DNA of 56,086 bases from Sarea resinae. Lineage: Eukaryota. The stretch is taken from assembly GCA_026026165.1 (NCBI GenBank), contig JAPEUD010000072.1, positions 62,001 to 118,086 of the forward strand, in the 5' to 3' direction. The notes beneath the pieces are model-generated. The model had not been told where the DNA came from. It saw only the letters and a list, made by a program, of their open reading frames with translations, and searched no databases. Shown here one piece after another: positions 26,063-39,897 of the stretch. The stretch's first letter is position 1. Every line of letters starts with the position of its first letter. Both the position numbers and the translations under genes were made by a program.

Positions 26063-26725
26063 GATACATGATCGTGGTGGAATGGGACGGGGTGCAAAGG
26101 ATGAGAGCGAAGTTGGAGTGAGCGAGCAAGCAAGCGAGCGAGCAGATGATTAAATACTAGACGCAAGGGGTAACGAGTGAATCGTCAACATTGAATGGAC
26201 GTGGCACTGGCACGACGATGAGATCGAGAACAATGAACAATGAACAATGAACAGTGAAGCGTGAAGAGTGAAGAGTGAAGAACGAAGGGTGGAGTGGAGG
26301 TGCAGAAGAAGCGTCCAGGAGCGCGAAGGGGTCCGAGGTCGAGGAATTGCTGCTGGGTGGACGAGTACGAGAGTATTCGTCCACTGGAAATTGTGGGAGC
26401 TTCCAAGTACCTTTTTGCCGTGCAGGCCGGCGAAAGGTACCAGGGACTGCCCCTGCCCTGCAGCGAGTCTCTTAGTCTTCCCGTCACCCAACTCCCGGCC
26501 CCGTCACCGCCTTGATGCCAGTCACGGCAGAACTCGATGATTCATATCCGCTCTGGTCAGATCCTCAACTCCCGTCCCATCCTCTCGCGCTCCATCCGCA
26601 CCTCTTTTCGGGCTATATATCATGTAGATAGACCTCGCGCCTTGCTCTCTCAGCCTATATATTCCGCCTCGTCCTCTTCCACCGGCGCGAGTGCGAGTCT
26701 AGGTGCGAGTCTGGCACCTGTCACC

Positions 26726-27646
26726 ATGGCCTCTTCTTCCTCGTCGCCGCCTTCCCGGCCCGTCTTCTTCTTTGATATCGACAACTGTGTATGTCTCCTT
26801 TTCAAGCCATCTCGTCTGAATTTGTAGTCACTGACATACCATTCTGTTCAGCTCTACCCAAGGAGTACGTCTCTGCACAATAGATCCCTGGCTTCCCCTT
26901 ATGACTAAAATATCTTCTGTCCAGGCTATAAAGTGCACGAGCTTATGACCGACCTGATCGGTGAGCCCTTCTCCTTCCTTGATCCACTTCCGGCGCCCTG
27001 CTAAAGCCCCCCGCCAGACAAATACTTCATGAACCATCTCTCTCTCTCTCAATCCGACGCCTACAAGCTGCACATGCAATACTACAAATCCTACGGGCTG
27101 GCCCTCGAAGGCCTAGTTCGACACCACAAGATCGACCCCTTGGAATATAATTCGCTCGTCGACGACGCGCTGCCGCTGGAAAATGTCATCAAACCCGACG
27201 CGCACCTCCGCACCCTCCTCTGCGACCTCGACACGTCGACGATAAAACCCTGGCTCTTCACGAATGCCTACGTCAACCACGGCCGCCGCGTCGTCAAGCT
27301 TCTTGGCGTCTCCGACTGCTTCGAGGGCATCACGTTCTGCGACTATGACGCCGAGACGCTGATCTGCAAGCCGCACGATGCCATGTTCGAGAAAGCGCAC
27401 CGCGAGGCTGGCGTCGAGGAGCCTGCGGATTGCTATTTCGTCGACGATTCGTACATCAATTGCCGCGCGGCACAGGCCCGGGGGTGGAACGTGGCGCATC
27501 TTCTGGCGCCGGGCGACGAGGTGCCCGAGGTGCCCGCATGTCGGTATCAGATTCGGAGCTTGGATCAGCTGCGGGAGATATGGCCCAAGCTCTTTCGATC
27601 GACGCAGCACCGAAATGGGGAAGTCACAGAAGGGGCAAAGATATAG
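26726..27646 (+). CDS. SDT1: Pyrimidine 5'-nucleotidase, HAD superfamily (SDT1/PHM8 family)
   Basis: Exons 26726-26788, 26852-26864, 26925-26960 and 27018-27646. HAD motif I FFFDIDNCLY is restored by splicing; other motifs are WLFTNAY, CKP and YFVDDS. Confidence 0.92.
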
Positions 27647-28064
27647 AGTCATGCATGGGGGTTTTCTCTTTTCATCGCATTTGATAGAATGTAAAAGGAC
27701 GGCATTTTGGGTATACACTGTACAGCAACTCTCAACTTCTATAGTCTATATATCAGCAACTCTGAAAGAGTCAACATTCCTGACATGCTAGACTACTCTC
27801 CATTGTAGACTGGGAGATCTGGTACGGATACTCGATAGATCCAGGGATCTCTCATGGCGATCAGGCTAACCCGTAGTGGTCATGTTAGCTCCCGCTTACC
27901 CTATGCAGAGTACGGAGTACTGAGTACTCCGTAGTTGTATCAATCATCCCCGGAACATCGTTTGGCGGGCGACACAGACAGACAGACAGACCGAGCGTCT
28001 GGCAGAATCTCCAGAGCCTCAGAACAACAATTCCGTTGTTCTCCTCTCACACCGACCCTTGAAG

Positions 28065-28454
28065 ATGTCTTCCGAAGAGAATCCCACTCCATGGACGAAA
28101 GAGGCTCGCACCAAATTCACCAAGTACGTCGTGCCCTTTAGCTTCCTTCCTCCATGTGTCCATTCCATGATAGCTATCATGCCCCGACTGCGCGCGCCCC
28201 CACCCCGACCAAACCTAACACCGCAAGACAAACCTCAAACGCAAACGCAAACACCACTGACATGACCGCGATACAACCAGAAAGCAAAACAGCGAATATT
28301 TTGACCCGTGCCAGGAGGCCGCCGACCGGAGCATACGCTGTCTACGTCGCAACAACGGCGAAAGGGACATGTGCCAGGACTATTTCCAGTGAGTTCGCCC
28401 CGGGCCCGCGACTTGGCTGGTTAGCTATCGTTGCGATGTGGCTAGACCCAGGAT

Positions 28455-28522
<68 letters not shown>

Positions 28523-28715
28523 TTGCTGACACTTGGCCGTTCGTCGAAACAGAGCATATCGCGACTGTAAGAAGCAATGGGTGAGTGCAGCGTTTACTGG
28601 CGGCCGGGCCAAGAAGGCAAAGAAGACAAACAAGACCGCTAACGCACACTCTCTCCGCCCTGGACAGATGACCGAACGGAAAGAAGCGCGGCGCAAGGAA
28701 GGGAAATTCTGGTGA
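28065..28715 (+). CDS. COX23: Cytochrome c oxidase assembly factor COX23 (twin CX9C), 80 aa
   Basis: Exons 28065-28123, 28281-28388, 28553-28580 and 28668-28715 give [80 protein letters not shown], with two CX9C motifs and the SEYFDPC signature. Confidence 0.9.
28455..28522 (+). repeat. Interrupted (GA)n microsatellite in COX23 intron 2
   Basis: About 68 nt of GA repeats with two AA interruptions. Confidence 0.95.
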
Positions 28716-30185
28716 CGACGACGACAACGACGCGGCCGACGTAGCGGACGAGACAGCGAAGGGAGGGTCTAGGTACCCAAGATAGACACTCGGGATTCAC
28801 TGTCGATGACCTCGTCAGAGGAGGGATGGATTTGTACCATAGAAGGCATGGAGCCAAGCCAGGTCAGGCCAGTGCACCCGGGGGCCGGGGACCTGATGGC
28901 GCGGAAAAAAGGAAGAAGAAGAAAAAGTTTATTGATGGTCTGAACCGAGCTGATATCGCATATCATGTCATTCCTTTTCTGTTTATTTGGGTGTGAGATG
29001 ATTGGGTTTGGTGGGACGGCGTTTTGTCTTCCTCTATCTTAGTCTCTGTCCTCTGTATCATATCCTCTACCCTGTATCTTCGGTCTCTTTCCACAATCTC
29101 TACTCTACTCTGCCGAGTCCTCTGTCTATTCATCTATCAATCTACCAATCAATCTACCCGTCAATCTACCAGTCAATCTTTCTACCTCCTCTCTCGCTCC
29201 CATCTATCTCCCTATCCATCAATCCCTGTCCATCAACCACATCTCCCACTTCCCACTTCCTACTTCCTACTCCTGACTCCCCCACCCTCCCCCCGCCCTC
29301 TCCCAACCCCCAACCCCCAGTTTTCTCTCCAGCCCAACCAAGAAAAAACAACATCCAATCTCATGAGTCATACCCACCTCAAACACCATAGAGACAAATA
29401 CCCAGCGTTTGAATGATTTCAATTATCCAGCAAGGACAATATGACGTCGTGCGGGCCGAGTGGTACGTCCCATTAGATGTTTATTCAAGGGGTTATTGGG
29501 AATGGTGACGGGGTCTAGGTGTCTAGGGTATGTTGGTTTTGATCTTAGAGGGTGCGAGACTTGGGAGGGTGGGAGAGGAGGGGCTGGGGGTGTGCTAGCC
29601 TTTCTTTTTTTTTCCTTTCTTTCTTTCTTTCTTCTTTTTTTCTCTTTGCTTCTCTCTTCTCTGTTCTTGTGAATCTATCTTCTCAAACCTACTTCTGTCC
29701 TCCCCTGCTTTTCATTCCCCACGAGAAAGAAGGGAAAAAAAGAAGAGTCTAAAATTCACTCAGAGGACAGAGATAGCCAGATACAAGATACCAAAAAACC
29801 CCGAGGGGAATATTGTGAGTCTATCTACCTAGGCACGCTTTACGTATATACATACTATAAACCAAGTATACAAATACTATACCATCTGATACCATACTCC
29901 CCTCTCCCTTCCTTCCCAGATGATGAAAGGTTATCGAGGATATCTTCTATCTTCTATCTACGACTGATGAATCTATCCTTGCCTGTCTGCGTGTCTGTCT
30001 GCTCTATACTTATCAACATGTCCTCCTCCTCCTCCTCCTCCCCCTTATCCCCCTCCTCTTGATCGACCAGGATGAGCCGCGCAGCATGAGTCCGTTTCGC
30101 AGAAGCCATAGCTCCCCTCTACACCAATTCCACCCAAACAAAACAAAATCCCACTCCACGTAGCCGTGAAAGACGAAGAACACCG

Positions 30186-30229
30186 AGACAAGACAAGACA
30201 AGACAAGACAAGACAAGACAAGACAAGAC
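30186..30229 (+). repeat. (AGACA)n pentanucleotide microsatellite
   Basis: Eight perfect units plus a partial unit. Confidence 0.95.
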
Positions 30230-31547
30230 CACAAGACCAAGTGAAAAGAAAGTCAAGCCGCGCCCTCTTCACCCTTTCCGCCGTACCCCTCTCTTCCGCC
30301 CAAGAAACGGTCAGGGAGTGAAGGGTATATCTAGACCAATGTGGAGAATGAAGGCGTGGTAGTAGAAAAAGAAAAGAAGAAGAAGAAGAAAGAAGAAGTA
30401 TAAGAAGATGAAGATGTCACATATATACAATACAAGAAAGGCACGCTCACTTATTGTTCAGCTTCTCTACTTTCCGTACCATGACAAAGACGACGCGTGT
30501 GGTAAACGTCTGTCTGGTGGGCAGACGCGACAGGTAGTGTTGGTACAACCAGTCAGGTGTTCAGAACTAGTCCCACCTTCGTAATAACAGTAGAGGTTGT
30601 TAAGACTTCACTCCGCCATCCGCTACGCAGAAGTAGGGACAGACAGGCAGTACTTCGTATACTTTTTCTACTAGCTCTTAAAAATAAAAATAAAAATAAA
30701 AACACTAAAAATGTAAGGACTAGTAAATAGGCAAACCTGCTCCTACCTATATAAGCTATCTAAAAAGACTACTATAACCTGGCTCGTCTAGGCTATGCCT
30801 ATTTGCCTACTATATAGCAACGCGCCTTACAAAAAAGGCGTATGCATATATATCTAATCATCCCTTATAAAAGCAAGAGACTAAGAAAGTAAGAAGGGGA
30901 TTTCAAAAGAAGAGAGAGAAGAAATATCAAATAAAACAGCTGAACATATAAAGAACCCGGAAAAGAGTTAAGGCGATAAAGCTCAATCTCGATCTAATTC
31001 TCATCACCTAGCCCAGCCCAATCCAACTGAAATAAAGGAATAGATACTTCATATGAATAATTCTTAAATAAGTACTCTACCCTCTCGGTAGGTCAGTCAC
31101 CTATCGTAGTCTCAGGATGCCCAACAAGTTCCGGACGAAGCTTCCTGTTGGAATTGATTGCTTATCGAGTTTGTTGATTTTCCTTTTATAAAACACGCAA
31201 TTTGCAGTCCTGACTACAGTAACTCATCAGCTAGATAAAAATGTCGACAAACGTTACTCCCATTACCGTTTCATTCATTTCGTTCGTACTTATTTGAAAG
31301 GCATCTATGTATATGTGATGATTTGGGCCTCGTGACATGGGCAGAACGTGAGCATAAAGAGTAGCCTGCAGAGAGAGAGACAGAAAAAGAGAGAGGGAAG
31401 CCCAAACAACCAGTTGAAAGAATGGAACAGAGGAATCCGAAAGAAATGTAAATGAAGAGTCGTCTCCTCCACTCCACATCTATCTAATCTACTACTTCTT
31501 GCCATCCCCATCCTTTCTTCCACATCATCTAGCCGTCTAGCAACCGT

Positions 31548-34500
31548 CTATGATTCCGACGACGATGGCTGCAAGGGTTCCACGTTCCAGATCATTTCCG
31601 CGTATTCCTGGATGCACCTATCGGAGCTGAAGAATCCCATGCGCGCAACAGACGTAATAGTCTTGGTCAGCCACTCATCTTGATTCTTGTATGCCTCGTC
31701 CACGAGCTCCTGGGTCTTAAGATAGGAGTGGAAGTCATCAGACACCAAATAGTAATCGCCGTGCTCAACAATGGCGTTGACGAGCGCAGAGAACATATTG
31801 GCGTCCCCGAAAGTACCCTTTTGGATCTCGGAGAAGACCTTTTGGAGGTCTGCGTCGACCTCGTATGCGCCGTAAAGGTGCTTGTGTCGGAGCTCGTCGA
31901 CGTCTTCCGAGAGGTTGCCGAAGAGGAAGATATTGTTCTCGCCGATTTCGCGTGTGATTTCAATCTAGGGTCATTCTGTTAGTATCGTCATAAGATATGG
32001 GTAATTTTATACTTACGTTGGCACCGTCGCAGGTTCCAATGATAAGACCGCCGTTTAGGACGAATTTCATGTTGCTCGTGCCACTAGCCTCAGTGCCGGC
32101 GGTAGAGATGTGCTCGCTGAGGTCTGAAGCGGGGCAGATGATTTCAGCCTTGCTGACGTTGTAGTCCTCAACGAAGATGACCTTCAAGAGATCGCCGACG
32201 TCCTTGTCTTTATTCACGACTGCACCAACGTTGTTGATAAGGTGAATGACCGTCTTGGCCATCCAGTAGCCTGGGGCTGCTTTCCCTCCAATGATGACAA
32301 CACGCGGTGCAAGCTTCTTCTTCTCCTCGGGGCTCATAGCCTTGATGGTAAGATAACGGTGGATGACTCCGAAAATGTTGAGTTGCTGGCGCTTGTATTC
32401 GTGTATACGCTTGACCTGGATATCGAACAGAGCCGCAGGATTCACGCTAACCCCAGTGGTGGTCTTGATGTGCTTGGCCAGGCGAACCTTGTTGGCGTAC
32501 TTGATTTCTTGGAATTCCTTCTTGAACTCCTTGTCATCCACGTATCGCTCGAGCTTACTCAGAAGCGTAAGATCCTTGAGGAAATCATAGCCACCCAACT
32601 TGGATGCAATCAAGTCCGAGAGTCGCGGATTAGCTTGGTGAAGCCATCTTCTAGGGGTGATGCCATTGGTCACGTTCGTGAACTTGTCTGGTCCATAGAT
32701 CTTGACAAAGTCCTTGAAGATGGTAGTCTTGATAAGATCCGAATGAAGCTCGGCCACACCGTTGACTTTGTGCGAGCCGACAACAGCAAGATATGCCATG
32801 CGCACCATTTTCGGGGTCGACTCTTCAATGATTGATACACGCGCAAGCATATCCCAGTCCTTGGGGAATTTCTTCTCTACTTGCTGCAAGAAGAAGAGAT
32901 TGATGTCGTAGATGATTTGCAGATGACGGGGTAGGAGGTTTTGGAACAGTGGGACGGGCCACTTCTCAAGCGCCTCTGGAAGTACAGTGTGATTGGCGTA
33001 GCCAAAGGTGCTCGTCACGACTATTCAAGTTAGCTGATATTCACGAAAGGAAAGGGGCCAAATTACTGTTCCATGCTTCATCCCATTCAAGACCTTCCTG
33101 GTCGACCAAGATACGCTGCAGCTCGACAATAGCGAGAGTTGGGTGAGTGTCGTTGAGTTGAATCGCAACCTGATCAGAGAACTGGGACCATGGTCGTTGA
33201 GTCTTCTTGAAACGACGAACAATGTCGAAGAGCGAGGCAGCTACCCAGAAGTACTGTTGCTTCAATCGCAGCTCCTTACCACGCTCGAGACTATATCAGA
33301 AGCTTAGCAGGGCATTTTGCGTCTAGAGAAGGGGAAGGCTTACTTGTCATTAGGATACAGCACAGCAGAGATGGTCTCCGCTCGTTGCTGGTCTGCCACA
33401 GAGCTTTCGTATTCGCCAGAATTGAACTTCTGGAAATCGAATTCTCCACTAGCGGCCTTGCTCGACCACAGACGCAGATTGTTCGTCGTTGGGGTCTGGT
33501 ATCCAGGTACTATTCATAGTAAGTATAGAGCACGGACATTTCAATTTAAGAGTCCTCACTCGGCACATCGAAAGCAACAGCATCGACGATCTCACCGCCC
33601 TCCCACACCGCGACTTGCTTTCCGTTATCGTCTCTGAGAGATCATCAGTCGCCGGAGTCTCAAATTGAAGGGCTGCATTCCGTCGCTTACTGATACTTCC
33701 GAACGTTGCCATAGAATTGGATTTCGACGGTGATATCGTTTCTTGGAAACTCCCAAGGGTTGAAGTCTAGCCAGTAGTCCGGAACTTCGACCTGGTAGCC
33801 GTCGATGATCTCCTGCTTGAAAATGCCGTATTTGTATCTGAGACCGTAACCCCAAGCAGGGTAATTCAACGACGCCATGCTGTCAAGAAAGCATGCTGCA
33901 AGACGCCCCAGACCTCCATTGCCAAGAGCGGCATCACGCTCCTGACTGATGACATCCTCAACACGGAATCCGAGGTCGGACAATCCCTCTGAGAATGTTT
34001 AGCAGATTTCGAGAGCTTTGTGTGGTAGTTGGCCAACCTTTAGCAACATCTTTGAGCCCGACATTGAGCATCGCATTGTCAAGGGCCCTGCCCATCAAGA
34101 ACTCGAGAGAAAGGTCTGCGTAATCCACCATCAGCAATGCGTTCGCCTAATTGACCGTGAACAATCTCACAGTAGACACGCTTCTGATCAGCAAAGGTTT
34201 GTCTCTGCTGGGTCTTATTCCACTCAATTACGAGGCGGTCGCGGAAGGCCAGGGCGGTACCGGAGTAGGCCGCGCTATGAGCATGTTAGAAGATGGTGGG
34301 ATACATCAGGCTCGCAATTGAGCACTCACAGTTCGTCACAATTGAAAAGAGATCGGGCGAGAGTGGTCTCGATGTGGCGGACAGCTTCCCTCTATGCTGT
34401 CGATTAGTAGCTGACGGCACACACGGAGAAGATTTCCAGCGTACCCCAAACTCATCCTTCGTGTTGAACTCCTTAGCAGCCTACACGACTGTCAGCAGTG

Positions 34501-34767
34501 CCGCAACAACGGTCCAGTTGATATCCTTACGAAAGCTTTCCATCTGCGCGAACCGGAAGTTAGCGGCTACCGGTGATCATGCAATCGAAGAAACACGTAC
34601 GCTGCCCTCTGGCCTTCGGGAATGGATGTTTCTACATCTTCCTTCTCGCTGGCTCCGAAGCCGGTGACGGTACGCTTATGCTTGGGTCTGCTGAAGCCAG
34701 GGCCCACGGGACCCTGGAGGTCCGTGATGGGCGCACTGGTCGAGGGTCGGCGTTCGCGGATCGACAT
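31548..34767 (-). CDS. GPH1: Glycogen phosphorylase
   Basis: ATG at 34767 (MSIRERRPS...KHKRTVTGF). About 11 canonical introns, including a 13-nt exon (34543-34531). Motifs: [46 protein letters not shown] and the PLP-lysine motif [10 protein letters not shown]. Stop at 31548. Confidence 0.97.
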
Positions 34768-37170
34768 GGTGAGAGGAGAGGTCGGAGTAGAAGGAAGCTG
34801 GACGGCTTTGAGCAGCTGACAATCAAAGCACAAACACACTGCTGAAGCTGGCTGGACGGAGGAATTGAGCCTTTAAGAAGGAAGGGAGTGTCGGCGAGAG
34901 AAGGGGGAGAGTGAATGGAGGAGGAGGATGGCGGGTTGAGAGAAAGTGTCGAGGAGCTACGGGAGGAAGCTTTGCAGCTACGGTTAGAGCACAGGTACTA
35001 CTACCTACCTTACCTATCACTCGCGCTGGCGCTGGTGCTGGTGCTGGTGCCTACTACGTAGTATGTTCTCTTGCTTGCGATCCGCAATGCCTGTAGAGCT
35101 CATGCGTTGGGCGAGTGATAGTGCGAGCCTGGTGCGGCGCGGGGCGGGGTATGCTGCTGTCTCTCGTTCCGGCCGTTACGAGCGGAGCGGCGTTACACTT
35201 GCTGCTCTTACTCTACGCCCTCTGCAGGCCAGATGGCAGGCTAAACAGATCGATTCACCATGTTGTTATCTACCCTGCCAAGTATACTCTACATGACCCC
35301 CCTACCGCACAATACTTCGTCCATTGATTGCTTCTGCGGGCTGAGAATTGCATATCTACGTAGTATATTCACCTCTCCAGAATGACAAGAAGACCACGGC
35401 CGTCAGGAGTCAGCGGTCAGGAGGCAGGAACAGGACCTCGGGCCACTCCCAATTGCCCTCGATCGGGGAGGGAAGAGCAGAGGTGATCCTGTATCGGGCA
35501 GGGTCAGACGGCGGCCAAGCCGATCTACTGCGTACAGCCTCCCTACTCGTGCGTGGCAGAGATTCGTCATGTCCGGCTTCATTAATTTGTGGATATGTGC
35601 TGAGATATAAAGCCCCAGGAACAGTGGGAGGGAAACGCCAACGGAGTTCGGATGTGCATCCTGCTCACCTTTTCAGGATCATCCATGGACAGGGGCGGTC
35701 GAGGTCGGATAGACGAGCATTGGATCTGTGCTGCCCGCGAGGTACAGCGTACAGCGACCTCGTGTACGCGATATCTGGCATCACTGTATGATTATTATCG
35801 ATAAAGTTGCGGAGTGGAGTGGAAGGTGGGAAGTGGAGCGGAGTGCAGCGCGGTGGAGTACATGTACCGCCTACTCCGGAGTACATGTACGCCGTACCGG
35901 GGTTCCTCTGCAGCCAGCGCAGGAGGAGGCGCACACCTCAGGCGACGGAGAGAGCGATCATCTGGACTATCTGCTTTTGACACCCCCAAGCCATCTTACC
36001 TAACACAGCACTAGAATGGGATCTGGATTACTGTTCCAAGCTACCATCATCGAAGAGAGCGCGATCCGAGAATCTGGCGAGAAGGGGCGAACGAACCACA
36101 TGTCTCCGGCCACTTTTCCGTCCTTTTTAATCCCTCTAGTTCGTCCATTGCTACTCACCGCTCTCGCCCGCCCCACTTGGCGTGCTTGCCTTCCGCGCGC
36201 ACCCTTGGACCCCCCCCCTGATAAAGCGATAAAAACCACACGGGGATTTTCTGTCCGCTCGATGCCATATCGACGATGATCGGAAAATGCCCTCCCCTGC
36301 CCCCAACCCAGACCAAGACAGATCTAAACTGCCATGGCATCGATTGCCGTGAATCGCTGTCTGGCGCCGCAACGCCCCAGGCTAAGCCATCGAATGTAAA
36401 TAGTACGAGATGCAGTAGGGTTCGACCGTGTTGACCAGGCCAATCCATTTGGCACCCATCCCGTCTATGTATACCGGGCTGGGCGCCAACGTATCATTTC
36501 ATGGCCTCGATCGCGAACATGTAGCAAGGATCACCAAGGCAGAGAAGGCAGTTTTGTTTGTCCGCATCGTCCTTTCTACATAGCTGCTTCAACTGCGCCC
36601 GTACAAAAGCACGATCCCGGTAATCACTCGGGCTAAGTGCTGTCCGTCTAGCACACTGATGATCCTCAATTCCTCCCCTAAACTCGATCATCCTTAAGAA
36701 ATTGAGCAAACGTCCAATCGAATCTTCGACGTCTCATCCAGGAATTAATATAGAGAAGAAAAAGGTAAGGCCAAAGAGACGCTCAGGGACGCCCACAGAA
36801 GAGGAAAGAAAAGGGAGACGACATGGCCCCAGAAGAGTCGGGCGATAAGTGGAAAAAGACTTGCCAGGACGGATATATGGCGGTCAAGAGGGACTTTTAG
36901 GCGAAACGATGAGGATAGTGATGGCGTCAAGCAAGAAGGCCAGCTCCCCAGTAGATGACAAATCTTTCCGCCCAAACTCCGATGCTGGATGAAGACAAAG
37001 TAAAGTCGACGGCCGTGGGCCAAGCAAGGCAACTTGCGTACCATTTCACGTCGTGAGAGACCAAGGAGACATTATGGAGGACCGAACAAGAGCTGCCGTC
37101 ATGCTGATTGCAGCTCTGTGGACCGGAAGGGATCTGGCATGCCAGATTCTACTTGTTTACAGCGACTCCT

Positions 37171-38504
37171 TTATAGGATGCCGGAGTCTTTCAACGCATT
37201 CTGCAGGATGGTCTCTTTGACGGCAGCGAACACGAGACGGATATTCGACGTATCAGTCGCTTGGGTAAGGCTATGCGCAATATGTGAGATTCGTTTGTTC
37301 TATCGGGCAAATCAGACTTACTGGGGATAAAGATTCAGATGTGCTCGGTTGACCTGGTTGAAGCGCCACAGTAAATACTTGGCTGCCCGGTTTACGTCGT
37401 TACCTCCAGAATAGTCCGGAAAGTAGTTTCCGAGGGGTGATCGGCCAAGCTTCTGCTTGAATAAGTCGACCTTATTGAGGAAGAGAATGATGCTAGTTCT
37501 CATAAACCAACGAGAGTTGACAACGGAATCGAAAAGGACCAGGCTCTCCATCATGCGATTCTTTGATGAACGTCAGAACAGATGCCCTGATGAGGGGAGT
37601 CTAATACTAACCTGATTGCTCTCCTCGAGCAACACTTGGTCATACTCACTCAGCGCAACGCAGAATATGATCGAAGTCACGTTTTCGAAGCAGTGGATCC
37701 ATTTCTTGCGTTCACTTCGTTGGCCTCCGACGTCAAACATACTGCAGGGACCACGATTAGCGGAGCTCAGGCAACTTCACTTGACTCAACGTACTGGATG
37801 CTCAATTGTCCCATTGTGAACCGGGTTTCGTAGATACCAGTGGTTTTGGTTCTGGCTCTTAGAACATCTGACTCTATTGGTATGTAGTCAGGTGCTGCAA
37901 TCCTTGGGGCTTCTTCAAAAAAGCTGTCTACAGTCAGCGCGCCTTCTTCGCGAATCCCTTCCTGGGAATGAGGTGCTCACTAAGGTGCAGAATCCATCAA
38001 ATAAAATTCGCTCTGATGTTCCATGACAGTTTCTATGCTCGGGTCTTTCCAGAGAGAGGTTATTGCATCCCCCACTTTCGAGTCGAGAGGTGTGTGTGGA
38101 TCAGGATCGATCTGGTACTCCATGAGAAAGTGGCTGTATTCCCTGTTCTGTTCACTCTCCGGTTCGATCTGGACTTGTCTCATAGCACCGATCAGAGCCT
38201 TCGCGCAGTCTAAGAGGTTTTTGTAGATTGTGAGTCGATATAGTGCGAGTTCATCGACGCTATAGCCATTCTGATGAATGATTTTCATCTGCTTCACGAT
38301 CGTCGATTTGCCGCTTTCCCCAGAGCCTGATTGAACGTCAGTATCGAATGGCAAAACTGTCTCCAGACCTTTGCTCGTACCTAGTAGAAGAATCTTGCAC
38401 TCGCGCCGTAATCTCCGCGAATCCTCCTCCAGCTTCCTGTCGATCATCTGGCTGCGCTTCTTTTGCTCGCTCTCATCATTATTTGAGCTCATACAGATCC
38501 CCAT
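37171..38504 (-). CDS. ganB: Heterotrimeric G-protein alpha subunit, group III (cAMP-linked; GanB/GNA-3/MagA-like)
   Basis: Myristoylation-type N-terminus MGICMS, with [25 protein letters not shown] and TQATDT motifs and the C-terminus DSGIL*. Five canonical introns. Confidence 0.95.
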
Positions 38505-39897
38505 CTTGATTCGTGATGTACCAGGTCCGAGCCCTCGTGCTCGTTCCTAACAGTGATTATACTGATTCAGATTGATAATCTGTAACTGTGTGCGATCCAG
38601 TATTGTGTCCACAGCGGAGATAGATTAACTATATCGTTGAGACGGAAATGTGTCGTCACAATCCAGATCCCGAGAGGCCGAAAACCCTGTGAATGTCTGC
38701 ACTGCCAGAGTCTCAATTATGTCATGCCTCCGTCCGTCTTTCGTGCAGACTTGTCCCCGAAATCAGACACCGTCCTAAGCTCTTCCCAACCAGGTCAGTC
38801 TAGAGGATGGATTGGCATCAAAGCCAGAGTGTAGGAAGTGGCAATGCGGCGGCTCTTTGATGGATGTGAGAGAATGCTTTGCGATACCTCCCGCTCGCCA
38901 AGGGTATCGGACGATTGAGAGAGCACTTCCGGGCTACCCCAAGTGATCGCCAGTTCGAAAAGGACAGCCACGTCGTCGCGAAAGCTGGAGGTTGGCTCTG
39001 AAGAATTGTCTCTCCCAGGGTTCCTGGGTGGATGATGTACGTTTCGACCCTGTCAGTCGCGTGGAGAGCGAGTCTGAGTGCTCAGACTCTCTAGGACTGG
39101 GATCCCAGCAACCGCAAGGGCCTCAATGTTTGAGAGGAAACCCTGGTCGGCAGAAGACTTGGCGCGATGTTCACCGTGAAGTGCGAGTGATCGAACGAAC
39201 AATCACTGCGCAGTACTCATCCAAGCGGGACTAGACGAAGTCGTAAGGTAAATGGAAGTGAACGGACGAGGAAGTGGAGATGATGCTCTCACTCTCTTCT
39301 CTCACGCATACATTCGGCGCTGTGGAGAGACTTGGACTAGTACTGTACTGCTTCGTACCTACATAGCCAAGGTAGGTCAAGGCAGGTCAAAAAGTAGCCC
39401 CAGCTAAAGCATCATTGACGACGGGCAGCCAAGCGAGAGGGATATAACGAGGATGAACAAAACGAACAAAAACGTATTTCGTGACGACACACCGACACGC
39501 CCAAATGGTAAGGGATTCTTTGTTACCTTACGCTCACCTCAGCCTTGGGGATGCTGCCACGCAGAGACTGTCTCGGGACAGGTGGAGGCGCATTGCTAGG
39601 GCTTTCAAAGAAGGGCGAAGCAGAGAGGAATCGGTACTGGCCGCTGGCGGAGGTGCCAAGGATGGTCCGCCGAGACAGATACAAACAGCGGACATTGGAT
39701 GTTCATCATGCTCTTGAGGCTATTGCCGAGATCTGCAGTGAAATGTGGCACAGGCACAACCCATAAACGGATTGCAATGGATTGCAATGGATGACAATGG
39801 ATCAGAGCTCAGCCTGCCCAACTCTGGACGGGCCTGCCCACATCCATGGATCTTACCTGCCTTACATCTACTCCGGAGTAGCCCTTTTACCTAGGCA

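Noticed and set aside
29002..30272. ORFs and isolated splice-like signals downstream of COX23
   Set aside because: Derived from low-complexity repeats; I could not assemble a coherent gene on either strand.
32242..32835. 197-aa antisense ORF in glycogen phosphorylase
   Set aside because: Antisense shadow of a highly conserved CDS.
36410..36440. GGTTCGA T-loop-like word suggesting a tRNA
   Set aside because: No cloverleaf stems or A-box around it. No tRNA or 5S rRNA was recognised anywhere by eye; tRNAscan-SE and Infernal were not run.
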